A DNA stretch of 64,000 nt from a virus. The stretch's first letter is position 1; every line of letters starts with the position of its first letter. The position numbers and the translations under genes were made by a program. Under the pieces are notes generated by a model. It saw nothing but the letters and a program-made list of their open reading frames with translations. It was not told the origin of the DNA and made no database searches. The stretch covers positions 29,509-93,508 of the IMG/VR virus record IMGVR_UViG_3300049460_000123. One strand, written 5' to 3'. This document shows, one piece after another, positions 1 through 10,423 of the stretch.

Positions 1-108
1 AAGCAGCGGTTTATTCGACACCGCACCGACGCCGCCGTCTACCGGATCGATAATCTCGAGCTGGTAAATCCCCGCGTCATATACTGGCAGTTCAGGTTGA
101 TTCGCCAT
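1..108 (-). CDS. Tail fibre protein, N-terminal part (runs off window start)
   Basis: Hand translation from ATG at 108: MANQPELPVYDAGIYQLEIIDPVDGGVGAVSNKPLL. This matches the common myovirus fibre N-terminus (IYQ[IL]E..DPV.GG..G.SN). SD-like GAGGG upstream. Confidence 0.8.
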   Translation of the reverse strand, partial: MANQPELPVYDAGIYQLEIIDPVDGGVGAVSNKPLL

Positions 109-118
109 CCCTCAGTCC

Positions 119-571
119 TTAGAACGAAATCGTCCACGTACCCGAGAACGTCAGGTCCGTGTCTTTGTTGAGCGGCGCCGTCCGCGTTTTCCGCGCATAC
201 AGCGCGCCACTGGCAGTAAGCAGTCCGAATTCAGAAATAGCCTTTCCGTTCGCCTCGCCAGTGCCGAGCGAGAACGCATACTGGACTTGGTTCGTCTGCG
301 GATAGGAGTGGCCGTCTACAGCCTTGATATACGCGCTGGTGAGCACCGAGTTGCTGAACACAGGTGCAACCGCGCTCGTGCCGAACCCGATCTGCGTAAC
401 GCTCTGCCCCGTCACGTCGCCGCCGAGCAGCCTGGCGTGCGCCTGTTGCGAGCCGATTACGACCAGGTTCTTTTCTTCGAATACTTCGATGAGCTTGCCG
501 GCGCGGCGAACTTCCAGGTAGAAGTCGCCGCGCGGCTTACGCTCAAAATCATCCCGTAGGGAAAGGTTCAT
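119..571 (-). CDS. Baseplate/tail-fibre attachment protein (150 aa)
   Basis: ORF 119..721 trimmed to the ATG at 571 after GGAGG. Motif EANG..ISEFGLL...LYARK. Lies between the wedge and fibre genes. Confidence 0.7.
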   Translation of the reverse strand: MNLSLRDDFERKPRGDFYLEVRRAGKLIEVFEEKNLVVIGSQQAHARLLGGDVTGQSVTQIGFGTSAVAPVFSNSVLTSAYIKAVDGHSYPQTNQVQYAFSLGTGEANGKAISEFGLLTASGALYARKTRTAPLNKDTDLTFSGTWTISF

Positions 572-614
572 CCACGCCTCCATTCTATTAATGGAGTGTG
601 CTGTCACGACCGAA

Positions 615-1718
615 TTACAAGGACTCCACGACAGTAGTTCCGCCCACTCTGAATATCGAACCGTCGTACCGTCGAACTCCGTTGTAGCGGTAGTCGTAGA
701 CGATCGTGATCGACTCGTCATCCGAGGGAGCCGTCAGCGTATCGGCGAAAGGCGCGAGCGCCGCCGCGCCGGCGAGCGCGTCCGTCGGCGCCGTGAGCGT
801 GTCAGCGAATGCCATGCTGGCTTGCAGCAGCGTGAATGCATCCGTCGGCGGCGTCAGCGCGTCGGTCAGCGCCGAGCCCGTCAGCGACAGAGAGCGCATC
901 TGAGTGCCCGCGTCGCGCAGCTTGTTGACCAGATCCTTCACGATCTGCGTGAACGCCGCGACGTCACCGCCGTTGATCAGGTCATAGGCATATGTGACGT
1001 CAAACAGACCGTACAGAGGCTTGGCCGAGGCGCTATATGTGTGCGAGCCGTCGCGCGTGATAACGCCGTTGTAAAGCGGAAACGTCGGCCCGTACAGAGT
1101 CACGTCTGTCACGGTCGAGACCTGGCCGGTATATGCCTGGATCGCCAGCTCGATCGCGACGTTGTTTCCGCGTGGCCGCAGCACTTCGGCGATGATGCGC
1201 GGCCCGTAGCTCGCATCCAGCTCGCCCGGCAAGCGCGGCACGCCATAGTAGGAGCCCAGCAAGTCGAGCCACTCGTTGGACGCCGTAGTCGTGCTCATCT
1301 GCTTGAGCATCTCGCCGATCTGCGTTTGCGCCTGCTCGAGCTCGTTCGACTGCGAATCCATGTACGACCACAGCACGTTCGTGTAGCCGTACAGGTGATC
1401 GCCGTTCGACGTGTTGATGTCGTTCGAACCGTCCATCAGGACGAGCGCCTTCAGCGTCGACAATTGCGACGTGTCCGCATACACGACTGAATAGCCGTCC
1501 TGCATCGACAGGAACACGACGAGTTGACCGACCGTGTATTGCGAGAGATCGATCGTCAGGTTTTGGCCCGACCCGCCCGTGACCGTCGTACTCAGGAACC
1601 CGTCCGCGATCGCCCATGTCATGCCGCCGTCGTACTTCAGGCGAATGGCGAGGAACTCATGCGGATCCTTGTCGAATACCTTGTGCAGGTATCCGAGCAG
1701 CTTTTTAGTGAATTTCAT
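615..1718 (-). CDS. Baseplate wedge protein (gpI-like)
   Basis: WLDLLGSYYGVPRLPGELDASY..RI motif; YNG..[TR].DG repeats; follows the J-like gene. Confidence 0.7.
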   Translation of the reverse strand: MKFTKKLLGYLHKVFDKDPHEFLAIRLKYDGGMTWAIADGFLSTTVTGGSGQNLTIDLSQYTVGQLVVFLSMQDGYSVVYADTSQLSTLKALVLMDGSNDINTSNGDHLYGYTNVLWSYMDSQSNELEQAQTQIGEMLKQMSTTTASNEWLDLLGSYYGVPRLPGELDASYGPRIIAEVLRPRGNNVAIELAIQAYTGQVSTVTDVTLYGPTFPLYNGVITRDGSHTYSASAKPLYGLFDVTYAYDLINGGDVAAFTQIVKDLVNKLRDAGTQMRSLSLTGSALTDALTPPTDAFTLLQASMAFADTLTAPTDALAGAAALAPFADTLTAPSDDESITIVYDYRYNGVRRYDGSIFRVGGTTVVESL

Positions 1719-3160
1719 CAGGCGATCGCCACCGTGCCGGGCATCAGTTTTTGAGTTTTCGACGTCGTCACGTCCGCGAGGCGCGCGGTCGACACCGCCG
1801 GCGGCACTTCGCCAGCGACAAGTCCAGACACCGGCTCGACATATCCGCTACCGATACCCAGCAGCGCGGAATTCTGCTTTTGCAGATTTGCCGGCGTCGT
1901 GCCGACATAGACATTCCATCCGGACACGCCCGCGAGCACCGGCGGAGACGCAACCGTGAGGACGTTGTTCGCCAGCACGGCGAGAGACTGCACCGAAGAC
2001 GGCAGCGTCTCGCCGGCGGCCGTGATGTACGTCGTCTGTACGTAATAGGTCTGTGCGGCAAGCGAGCCGCTCACGATCTGGCCGAGCACCGGCGCCACCG
2101 GCACCGATACGTCGGCAGGCACGAAATTGTCCACGCCCGTGATCGACTTGATAATTGCAATCAGATCCGCAACCTGGAACGGTTGACCGATACCAATGCC
2201 GACGATATAGGCCGCCGCCGCCGCATTCGCCGCAGTGTCGAGCGTAGCCAGGTCGAAGCCCGGTAGCGGCGTAATGGCGCCCGCGATGTTGAGCGGGATC
2301 TCCGTCGCGGCGAAAATGTCCACGTGCACGCCGGCCGCTTTCCATCCCGGCACCTTGTTGCCGTTTGCGTCGGTATAGCCATAGACGACTTTTTGCGCCT
2401 GCGTTACCAGTGCGCTCGAGGTGTTGCCTACACCGTTGTGGATGTAGCACTGCACCAGGCCGACCGGCTGAGTGTTGTCCGTCTCGTATGGTTCGACCAC
2501 CGAAGCCGATACGACTTTCTCCGTCACGTTGCCGAGCGCATCAACAATCTGCGTCGTCGTCAGTCCGTACTGGATCGCGAGCGGCGTGCCGCGCGGCAGG
2601 GACGCAATAAACGCATTGAACCGGATCTGACGTGCTGCGGGCGTCTCCGCGTCGAGACCATTGATAAACGGCGAAAGGTTTGCAGCCGATACAAAGCCAT
2701 TCGGCGCCGGCACGGGCGTGAAGGCAACGACCGATGCGAGATTACCCACCGAGCCCGCGACGTTGGCCGCGACAAGGACGTCCCCGAACGTGCTACCGGC
2801 CGGGATCGTCACGTCGGACTGCGACGTGTAGGAAACGGATCCACCAGGAAACGAAAACGTCGTCCCGGCCGCGATCACCTGCGGAGACGGACTGCTCGTG
2901 ATCACGACACGCACCAGGCCGCCCGCATCGTTTGCCGGCAGAGCGGCGAACTGGAACGAGTTGTAGGTCGCGACTTGCACCGCCTCGATCAGACCGTTGA
3001 GCATCTGCTGATAGAGCTCGTCGAGCTCCATCGCCGGCGCCTCGACGATTGTCCGCCCGATCGCACCCTCGTTGAAGTCCGTAATCGTCGACTGCGTCCC
3101 CTTCATCCAATTGATCATTGAGATGACGATCGACGCGAAGTCCTTGACCTGAAATGCCAT
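1718..3160 (-). CDS. Baseplate J-like wedge protein with extra C-terminal beta domain
   Basis: DFNEGAIGRTIVEA, IPAG, GSVGN and G.DAET motifs of the baseplate J family. Confidence 0.85.
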   Translation of the reverse strand: MAFQVKDFASIVISMINWMKGTQSTITDFNEGAIGRTIVEAPAMELDELYQQMLNGLIEAVQVATYNSFQFAALPANDAGGLVRVVITSSPSPQVIAAGTTFSFPGGSVSYTSQSDVTIPAGSTFGDVLVAANVAGSVGNLASVVAFTPVPAPNGFVSAANLSPFINGLDAETPAARQIRFNAFIASLPRGTPLAIQYGLTTTQIVDALGNVTEKVVSASVVEPYETDNTQPVGLVQCYIHNGVGNTSSALVTQAQKVVYGYTDANGNKVPGWKAAGVHVDIFAATEIPLNIAGAITPLPGFDLATLDTAANAAAAAYIVGIGIGQPFQVADLIAIIKSITGVDNFVPADVSVPVAPVLGQIVSGSLAAQTYYVQTTYITAAGETLPSSVQSLAVLANNVLTVASPPVLAGVSGWNVYVGTTPANLQKQNSALLGIGSGYVEPVSGLVAGEVPPAVSTARLADVTTSKTQKLMPGTVAIA

Positions 3161-3168
3161 TTTTATCC

Positions 3169-3786
3169 CTACGAACTTGCAACTACCTGGATTGATTGAC
3201 CGGCGACAGGAATCGCCTCGACGCTCACCTCGAGCACATCACCGTTCACAGTCGCGACCGCCTGCGAGACACTCGCGATGCGCGGATCCGCCAGCACAGC
3301 GCCCTTAGCGGTCGACGCGGCGAGCAGTCGCGATGCCGAGGTGCTAACCCGGCCGATCAGCGTCTTGAGGAGCGATCCATAGCGAGGGTGAAACATGAGA
3401 TCGCCCTGCTGAGTCTCGATGCGATTCTTCAGCGCTTGGCGCAGATTCGCGCGCCCCGTCACTGATGCGAAGTCGCCATTCGAATTCGCGGCGAGCAGTC
3501 CATTGGTGAGCGCGATGTCGGTCCCGAAAACCTGGCTTGGATCCGTCGTCGACGCGACCGCCGTCGGCGCCGGAATGAGGATCTGTGCGCCCGTGAGAAG
3601 CACGCCCGGCCCAGCCTGATTCGGATCATCCGTGAGGTACGGATAAACCAGGTTGTTCGGGTAAATGAGCAGCGTCCACTTCGACGCGTCGCCCATCGCG
3701 CGCGCCGCGACCTTTTGCAGTGTGTCGCCGCGCTGCGTCAGAACGAACGTGAATCCGTTCAGCGGGGTATCGAATGGCGTCGTCAT
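3169..3786 (-). CDS. LysM + gp25/GPW-like baseplate wedge protein
   Basis: N-terminal QRGDTLQKVA..MGDASKW (LysM-like); C-terminal NLRQAL..RIET..G.L.FHPRYGS...DPRI. Confidence 0.8.
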   Translation of the reverse strand: MTTPFDTPLNGFTFVLTQRGDTLQKVAARAMGDASKWTLLIYPNNLVYPYLTDDPNQAGPGVLLTGAQILIPAPTAVASTTDPSQVFGTDIALTNGLLAANSNGDFASVTGRANLRQALKNRIETQQGDLMFHPRYGSLLKTLIGRVSTSASRLLAASTAKGAVLADPRIASVSQAVATVNGDVLEVSVEAIPVAGQSIQVVASS

Positions 3787-4943
3787 ACGTTCACCGTCAT
3801 GCCGTCATTGGCCGCCTTGACCATCGCCGCGAGCTGAGCGGGCGTGTATGGCGCAAGCACAGGATCCATATGCGCCAGTGCCGACAGGGACACCTGCGCG
3901 CCCGCCGTCAGCGCGACCGGACCCGGCGCCGCTGCGCTCATCGGTGCGATCGACTCGAATGCATTCTTGTTCGCGAAGGCAGAGATCGGCGAACCGCCCG
4001 CCGTGCTCGAGCAATTTGAGGAGCCGAACAGCGGCGTATAGTCCTGATACGTGTTCTGTCCAGTCAGCGCGTTTTTCAGCAGACAGCCGATGTTCGTGAA
4101 TGCGCTCGCGATCCCCATGATCTGACCCATGAGTTGGCCCGGCAGGTTCATCACCGCCGCGATCGTCTGGAAGACCTTCGTCGCGCACTGGACGAGCGTC
4201 GTCGCCACACTCATGAGCGCCTTGCCGATGCCAAGCACCGAATTCACCGCGCCCATGACCGCGTTACAGACCTTCGTCACAGCGCCGACGAACGCCTTTA
4301 CCGGCGCGAGAATGTTAGACGTGATCCACGACGAGATGCCGTTCATGAACGTCGTGATCGAGGTGATCGAGTCGATCAGCGATGTCAGGCCGAGCGCGCC
4401 GAGCACTTCGGATGCGATCGACGACGCCGGCGTGCTGTAGGCTCCGAGCTGGTCACTAATGACCGTCATCGGGATTTGATACTGAGCGAGCAGCGGCCGC
4501 GAGCGCGAGCGCCGCAGCACGAATTGCCCCGGAATAACCTGGCTCGTAAACTGGTCGAGCGCGTCGACGTACATGAGCTGGACGAAATCCGGATTGCCGC
4601 CGCTCTGATAGGCCGCCAGGCGCCGCGCGTGCCACTGGTCGAACACCGTCGACTTGAGATCGATAAGGCGCTGGATACCGTCCTTGGCCGACGAGTCGGA
4701 CCGCCATCCGGTATTGCCCGAGATGTTGATCGTCGCTATGCCCGCCCCGAACTCATCGCCCCAGGCGCCCCCGAGTGTTTGCTGAACCGTCGTGCGCGAT
4801 GGATCCGTGCGCGTCATCTCCTCCGGACGCACATACAGCTTCACCTCTGTCGGCGCATCGCTGGCGTTCAGATCGAACAAAAGGAAACTGATCGGCGTGT
4901 CGCCGGCCTTCTGGGACGAGGGAGGAGTAGCGGATAAGCTCAT
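3783..4943 (-). CDS. Baseplate/tail tube initiator-like protein
   Basis: RTTVQQTLGGAWGDEFGAGIATINISG motif; position in baseplate cluster; own late promoter. Confidence 0.6.
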   Translation of the reverse strand: MSLSATPPSSQKAGDTPISFLLFDLNASDAPTEVKLYVRPEEMTRTDPSRTTVQQTLGGAWGDEFGAGIATINISGNTGWRSDSSAKDGIQRLIDLKSTVFDQWHARRLAAYQSGGNPDFVQLMYVDALDQFTSQVIPGQFVLRRSRSRPLLAQYQIPMTVISDQLGAYSTPASSIASEVLGALGLTSLIDSITSITTFMNGISSWITSNILAPVKAFVGAVTKVCNAVMGAVNSVLGIGKALMSVATTLVQCATKVFQTIAAVMNLPGQLMGQIMGIASAFTNIGCLLKNALTGQNTYQDYTPLFGSSNCSSTAGGSPISAFANKNAFESIAPMSAAAPGPVALTAGAQVSLSALAHMDPVLAPYTPAQLAAMVKAANDGMTVNV

Positions 4944-4988
4944 TACACCATCGTAGTGTCACGACGCTGAGCCTATTCGCTCTCCTTA

Positions 4989-5864
4989 TTACGCCTGCGC
5001 GTCCGTTGTCGGAGCGTTGGCACCCTGCGCGGTATGGTGATGCGACTTGACGCCAATGCCGTCGACCGTGACATCGCCGCCGAGCACGTTCACGCTACCC
5101 GTGAGCTGCATCGTCGCGCCGGATCCGCCCGAGCCATTCATACCGCCCTTGAACGTCAGCGCACCGTCGACCGTCATCGCGCCCGTGACGTGCGTCATCG
5201 GCGAATCGATCGTCACGCTAGGCGATTTGATCGTCGCCGCGCCCGTGACCGTCACGTTCGCCGCGCCCGTCGTGTTGACCGAGAGATTGCCGTTATGCGT
5301 GAGCGTCACATTGCCGGACGGATCGATATCGAACGTCGCCACCACCGCGCCGGCGTTCGCAACCTGCAGGTGAGCGTGCACGGCCGCGCCCGTGTTTTTC
5401 TTGATCGCCCACTGCTTATCGAAGTCGCGCCCCGTCAGATCCTCGTGTGCCGGCGAGGTGCCGACGCGGAAATACGTGCCACTCGGATGCGCGAACTCGA
5501 AATTCCCGGCGCCGTCCGTCGTCGTGTAGACATCGCTCGGAGTGCGGTTCACGACGCGATCGAGATCCGCGAAAAGCATCTGGCAGATCTGCGGAAAACG
5601 GAAGCCGATCACGACGCTCGAATTGCCGAACGTGAGCACGGCCGCCGTCACGTCACGGTCCGTTTGCTGCGTCAGATCCCACTTGTTTCCGCTCGCCGGC
5701 AGAGCCGGATTCGGCAATTGCGCCGACCCGGTATTCGTGCTCGCGTGCGGCGTAAGCACCTGCACACCGACCATCTGCTCACCGTTGTCGACCATTACGA
5801 GATCGACGCTATAGTCTTCCGGATGGACTGCCGCCACCCGCCCCCAACGGATGCTGTTACCCAT
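4989..5864 (-). CDS. Baseplate central spike (gpV-like)
   Basis: OB-fold-like N-terminus (GRVAAVHPEDYSVD), beta-helix repeats, C-terminal HxH apex motif (KSHHHTAQG). Start trimmed to MGNSIRW. Confidence 0.85.
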   Translation of the reverse strand: MGNSIRWGRVAAVHPEDYSVDLVMVDNGEQMVGVQVLTPHASTNTGSAQLPNPALPASGNKWDLTQQTDRDVTAAVLTFGNSSVVIGFRFPQICQMLFADLDRVVNRTPSDVYTTTDGAGNFEFAHPSGTYFRVGTSPAHEDLTGRDFDKQWAIKKNTGAAVHAHLQVANAGAVVATFDIDPSGNVTLTHNGNLSVNTTGAANVTVTGAATIKSPSVTIDSPMTHVTGAMTVDGALTFKGGMNGSGGSGATMQLTGSVNVLGGDVTVDGIGVKSHHHTAQGANAPTTDAQA

Positions 5865-7335
5865 TCGCAAGCCCCGACAATTCAGCGTTATAGGGACTCT
5901 GCACGCCGGCGCCCGCCGTGACACGCTTCACAAAGCCGTTTCCGCGCTCGAGCTTAAGCGTCTGGAAAAGACCTTGATACGGTACATAGTCAGTATCGAC
6001 ACTCACAACATAGAACGTCGACTCGAACGAACCGCGCACAATGCGCACGTACTTGCCGGGCCGAATCAGTTCGTTCGCGCGAATCCGCGCCATGCCGCTT
6101 TCGAACAGGACATTGTCCTTGTTCTGCGCGACCAGGATCGCACGCCGATCGTTGATCCAATTCGCCATGCTGGTGTCGCGCGTCCCCTGTTGATCCGCCG
6201 GCAAGCCGCTATTCATCGTTGTGACGTCGTCGCCGCCCATCTGCGTTTCGGACTCCATCATCCGCAGACCGTAGAACTGTTCGGCGGAATTGACGTAGTT
6301 GCCGAGATCGACCGTTTGCGCCGTCGCGCCCTGGATCGCGTACTGCTGGCGATAGATATCGCTCACGAGCTCGAATCGCGGCGCGCGCACCCAGTAATAG
6401 TTCGAAACGCCCGCGTCACTGCGCGAAACGCTCAGACTGATCACATCCTTGTCGAGCACATCGATCGTTTCGACGTCCGGCGCGTCTTCCTGAATCAGGC
6501 CGCCATTGATGTCCTTGAACGGCGTAGGCCGGTAGACGACATACTCGCCGTCCTCGCGCGACTCCGTATAGAGCTCGTTGAACGCGCCCACGTCACCAAA
6601 GTACGAGAGTAGGTAATAAATAGTGCCCTGCTGGTTTTGCGCACCGCCCACGTCCACGACGCCATGCACGACCGTGTTATCGATCTTGAACGCCGTCGGG
6701 TTCGATGTGTTCGCCGGCATCAGCGACGTCAGGAACGGATTGACGATTTTGTTCACCACTTCCGACAGGAACGTCGGAGCCGTCATCGACGTATCAAAGC
6801 CAACGCCGAAGCGCTCGAACAGCTTGAAACTCGAGAGGTAGTTTTCGCCGATCACGTAGCCTGGCAGATACTTGATCTGCATCATTTGCCAGATCTTGCC
6901 GAAGTCCTGCCCGGCGACCGTGATCGTGCGCTGCGGCTTGCCGTCTGGACTCATCGACTCCGTGCGCGAGATCTCCGACACGAACCCGCGCATCAGGATA
7001 GGAGGCTTCGGCAGCAGATCCGTCGCGCTGCGCTGATTGTGGCGCATACGGATCTCGATCATATCCATCGGCTCGATCAGTCCGTAAAGCGATTCGCGAG
7101 AGCCCTTTACAACGTATGGCTTGTCCGGCAGCGTGAGAGAAAATCCGCCGGCCGCCGACCGAACCGACTTCGTCACGCGCAGACTGCCCGACTCGCCGAT
7201 GAACGGCGTCAGGTCGATCGTCTGGTTCGTGTCGAGCACGCGCTGCGATACAGGCGTCTTACCATCGACCGTTTGCCGGCCGATGGTTTTGTATAGCGTC
7301 AGAGTGAGCGCCGGCGTGTAGATGGAGATGTTCAT
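5857..7335 (-). CDS. Baseplate hub protein
   Basis: 492 aa between tape measure and spike; C-terminal IRPGKYVRI...FYVVSV..DY hub-like motif. Confidence 0.7.
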   Translation of the reverse strand: MNISIYTPALTLTLYKTIGRQTVDGKTPVSQRVLDTNQTIDLTPFIGESGSLRVTKSVRSAAGGFSLTLPDKPYVVKGSRESLYGLIEPMDMIEIRMRHNQRSATDLLPKPPILMRGFVSEISRTESMSPDGKPQRTITVAGQDFGKIWQMMQIKYLPGYVIGENYLSSFKLFERFGVGFDTSMTAPTFLSEVVNKIVNPFLTSLMPANTSNPTAFKIDNTVVHGVVDVGGAQNQQGTIYYLLSYFGDVGAFNELYTESREDGEYVVYRPTPFKDINGGLIQEDAPDVETIDVLDKDVISLSVSRSDAGVSNYYWVRAPRFELVSDIYRQQYAIQGATAQTVDLGNYVNSAEQFYGLRMMESETQMGGDDVTTMNSGLPADQQGTRDTSMANWINDRRAILVAQNKDNVLFESGMARIRANELIRPGKYVRIVRGSFESTFYVVSVDTDYVPYQGLFQTLKLERGNGFVKRVTAGAGVQSPYNAELSGLANG

Positions 7336-7361
7336 GACGACAGAATGCCGTCACGACATAC

Positions 7362-10145
7362 TCACCCGCGCGCGCCCGCCGGCTTAGGTGCGCTGTACGT
7401 CGTCGACACCGTGTTAACATTCGGCGCGGCGCCGCCCGGCATGCTGAACGTGTGATGGTTGTCGACCGCCACATGCACCTGCACCGGATTGCCGCCGCCA
7501 CTGGCCGCCTCCGCAGCGGCCGCTTTTGTGTCTGCATCGCTCGGCACCGGGTTGCCCGCGAACTCACTCGCACGCCCCATGATCGCCGGCGCGTAGGCGC
7601 GCGTCTCCGAGTTGTTCCACTTACTCTTATCCCACCCCTTGTTATAGCCGCTCAGCGAATCCGCGATGTTCCCGAAATGCCCCTTGTTCTCGCGCATCAC
7701 CTCGCGCTGCATAAGAACAGCGTCGTGCGGATCATACGGATTCAGCTTCCGACCAAGCCGCTTCTCGAGCGACTTGAGCGTGTCCGGCATGATCTGAGCA
7801 AGTCCCATCGCACCCGCATCGCTGGTGGCTGCAGGATCAAACTTACTCTCCTGATAGAGCTGAGACATCGACGTGCCGGGATCGGCGCCGATCATCTTGT
7901 CCGTCTGTGCCTCGTAGTCCTTCAGCCATTGCTGATCCCTAAGACTCTGCGTGCCCGGCGAACCGTACTTGTTTTTCGCAGCGAGGCGCTCGTCCTGATA
8001 CTCCGTCGCGGCCTTCTGATCCGCGTCGACGCCCGACGTGTCCGCCGCCGCTTTCAGCCGGTCGTATTCCTTCTGTGCGGCCGCACGCTCCGCCGGCGAC
8101 AGGCGCATGTCGGTCGTCTTGTTGTAGAGCTCCGCGCCCTTGGCGTTGAATTCCTGCTTAGCCTGGCGGGCCGCTTTGCGCTTCTCGTCGGCCGCCGCGT
8201 TGATCTGATCGACGGCGTCGTTCCGCTCCGCCTTGTTGTTCGCGTCCGCAATCTGGCGTTGCGACTTCGTGCCGCCGCCGGCCATATACACCACGGAATT
8301 CATGATCGTCGTCGTCAGCGGGACCATCTTGTCCGCCATGTCCGTGATCACCTTCTGCACGCCCGACAGTCCGTCCCGAACTTCAGTCCCCTCCGTCTTC
8401 TCCTGATTCTTCTGATAGGCGTCCCTGAACTGGCGATCCTTCTCCTCACTGCTCAGCGACTTGTCGGCCTCGATGCTGGTCAGCCGTTGGATCCCGGTCG
8501 CATTCACCTTCGACATATCGAGACCGAGGCGCGAGAGGCGCGACACGGATCCGCCGATGCTGGCCGGGTTGTCTTTCTGTGCAGCCGCAAGCGCAGCCGA
8601 CTGATTGATGCTGGTCCCGAACAGGTTCGACATCGCCGAGAGCATGAGCTCCGGATTGTTCCGGTACTGACGCTGAAGGCTGTCCATGAGAGACGCGAAA
8701 TTGGTCTGCCCGGATCCAGCTCCCATCGTCGGCATGCGCACGCCATACGCACGGCCAAAGCGCGCCATAGCGGACTTTTCGCCGAATGCCCCCTCCGCCG
8801 TGCCGAACATGCCCTGCTCCTGCAGAGCAGTCGTCATGATCGGGTCCAGTCCGTTGCGCCGGCCCAGCGCCGCGAACATGAAATTCTTTCCTGCCTCGCC
8901 CGCGTTGCCGCCGCGCTGGATCGAGCCGCTCACAGTGCCGAGCAGGTTTGCGATCGACTGCGCGTCAGTGCCGGGCGTGCCCGTGTTGGCAAGCGTCGCA
9001 AACTCACTGAGGTAGCCGCCGACATTGGCAGTCGCCATGCCCATGCGCGACTGTTGCTGCGTGAAGCCCGCTATCGCCGCGAGCACTTCATCCATCTTTG
9101 CGGATGCGCCCGACTTTGTAACCGTCTCGCCGATCAACAGCGCGAGCCGCTTGGATCCGTTTTCATCGGTCGTCACGCCGGTTTGACGCATCTGGCCGAA
9201 GAACGCACCGGCGCGCGATGGATCGATGCCGTAAGAGCGGGCAAAGCCGCCAGCGATCGCTACCTCGTTCGCGAGCGTCTTCGCATCCTTGCCGAACGTG
9301 CCGGCGGCCTGCGAGAAAGCGGACGCTACTTTTTGCGTCTCCTCATAGGTCGCACCGAAACTCCACGACGCGTTTTCGAGGGACGTCTTGAGCTCGCGGA
9401 AACCCACGCCGACGTCGCCGAGCTGGCGCTTGAGCGTGTCGTAGCCGACGTCGAGCTGCTGCGCGGCGCCGATCTTTGCTTTCACAGCGCCCACGACTGC
9501 ACTCACCCCTTGCGCGACGAGGTTCGCCAGGATCATCGGGCCACCGATCCCAGCCATGCCACCCTCGAGCGCACCCGCCGCAGCGCCGCCGGCGCCGCCA
9601 GTCGCACGGAGACCCGAGCTAAGGATCCGGCGCCCAGCGCTACCCCACGACGAAGCCGGCGTTCCATTGCCCCCATCGCCGTTACCGCCACCGCCCGCCC
9701 CGGCACGCTGGCGCCGCTCCCACTCGCGTTTGCCAGCAATGTCGTCCCAGCCGATACGCTCGTCGAAGCCCGGCGCCGGATGCGCCGTGAACCCGGCGCC
9801 CGTGCCGGCCGTCACGTAGTCGTACGCCTTTCGCATCTGACGCGAACGACTATTCTGGTCCGGATACATCTTGGCCCAGTCGATATTGAAGAAGTCCGTC
9901 CCGTTTTGGCCGGTATCCTTCATCCGCTTCCGGAAGTCGCCCGAGATTTTGAGGAGGCTGTCGAATTGCGCCTGCACGCGCTGCAGGTCCGCCATCGTCG
10001 ACTTGTCGACCGGGTTGAATTTGACCTTATTCGCGCCCGCGACAGTGTTGCCGAGCCGGTTGATCTCCTGCGTCAACTGGCTCAGAACCTTGTCGATGTC
10101 GCCGGTATTAAAGTCGGCACTGATCGGAATCGTTACGCCTGCCAT
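7362..10145 (-). CDS. Tape measure protein with C-terminal lytic transglycosylase (SLT) domain
   Basis: Long Ala/Gly-rich helical protein after the chaperone gene. SLT motifs QESKFDPAATSDAGAMGLAQIMP and YNKG. ATG at 10145 overlaps the upstream TGA. Confidence 0.9.
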   Translation of the reverse strand: MAGVTIPISADFNTGDIDKVLSQLTQEINRLGNTVAGANKVKFNPVDKSTMADLQRVQAQFDSLLKISGDFRKRMKDTGQNGTDFFNIDWAKMYPDQNSRSRQMRKAYDYVTAGTGAGFTAHPAPGFDERIGWDDIAGKREWERRQRAGAGGGGNGDGGNGTPASSWGSAGRRILSSGLRATGGAGGAAAGALEGGMAGIGGPMILANLVAQGVSAVVGAVKAKIGAAQQLDVGYDTLKRQLGDVGVGFRELKTSLENASWSFGATYEETQKVASAFSQAAGTFGKDAKTLANEVAIAGGFARSYGIDPSRAGAFFGQMRQTGVTTDENGSKRLALLIGETVTKSGASAKMDEVLAAIAGFTQQQSRMGMATANVGGYLSEFATLANTGTPGTDAQSIANLLGTVSGSIQRGGNAGEAGKNFMFAALGRRNGLDPIMTTALQEQGMFGTAEGAFGEKSAMARFGRAYGVRMPTMGAGSGQTNFASLMDSLQRQYRNNPELMLSAMSNLFGTSINQSAALAAAQKDNPASIGGSVSRLSRLGLDMSKVNATGIQRLTSIEADKSLSSEEKDRQFRDAYQKNQEKTEGTEVRDGLSGVQKVITDMADKMVPLTTTIMNSVVYMAGGGTKSQRQIADANNKAERNDAVDQINAAADEKRKAARQAKQEFNAKGAELYNKTTDMRLSPAERAAAQKEYDRLKAAADTSGVDADQKAATEYQDERLAAKNKYGSPGTQSLRDQQWLKDYEAQTDKMIGADPGTSMSQLYQESKFDPAATSDAGAMGLAQIMPDTLKSLEKRLGRKLNPYDPHDAVLMQREVMRENKGHFGNIADSLSGYNKGWDKSKWNNSETRAYAPAIMGRASEFAGNPVPSDADTKAAAAEAASGGGNPVQVHVAVDNHHTFSMPGGAAPNVNTVSTTYSAPKPAGARG

Positions 10146-10423
10146 CAAATTTCTTCCCAATCGTTAGGGTCAGGACGCGCGACTATCGCGTTAGCGTCTC
10201 TCAATTCAGCTTCCAGATCGAAATCGTCGTCTTCAGCTTCTTCCTTCGCCGGGTTTTCATAATAGAAGTGCGCCCAGTAGTCAGCACTCATATCCTCGAT
10301 CGTCGCCTCGAGGTAGCGCGGATCAGTCGGCGGAAGGTTGTATTTCCGGCGAAACCAGAACTCGATCGTTTTCGCCGCTTCGCGCCCGTTTATCTTCGAG
10401 TCCCGTTCCAGGTACTCGACGAA
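10145..10423 (-). CDS. Tail assembly chaperone second segment, reached by predicted +1 frameshift
   Basis: Open frame FVEYLERDSK...FWFRRKYNLPPTDPRYLE...WEEI* ending in TGATG with the tape measure start; no good start of its own. Confidence 0.7.
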   Translation of the reverse strand, partial: FVEYLERDSKINGREAAKTIEFWFRRKYNLPPTDPRYLEATIEDMSADYWAHFYYENPAKEEAEDDDFDLEAELRDANAIVARPDPNDWEEI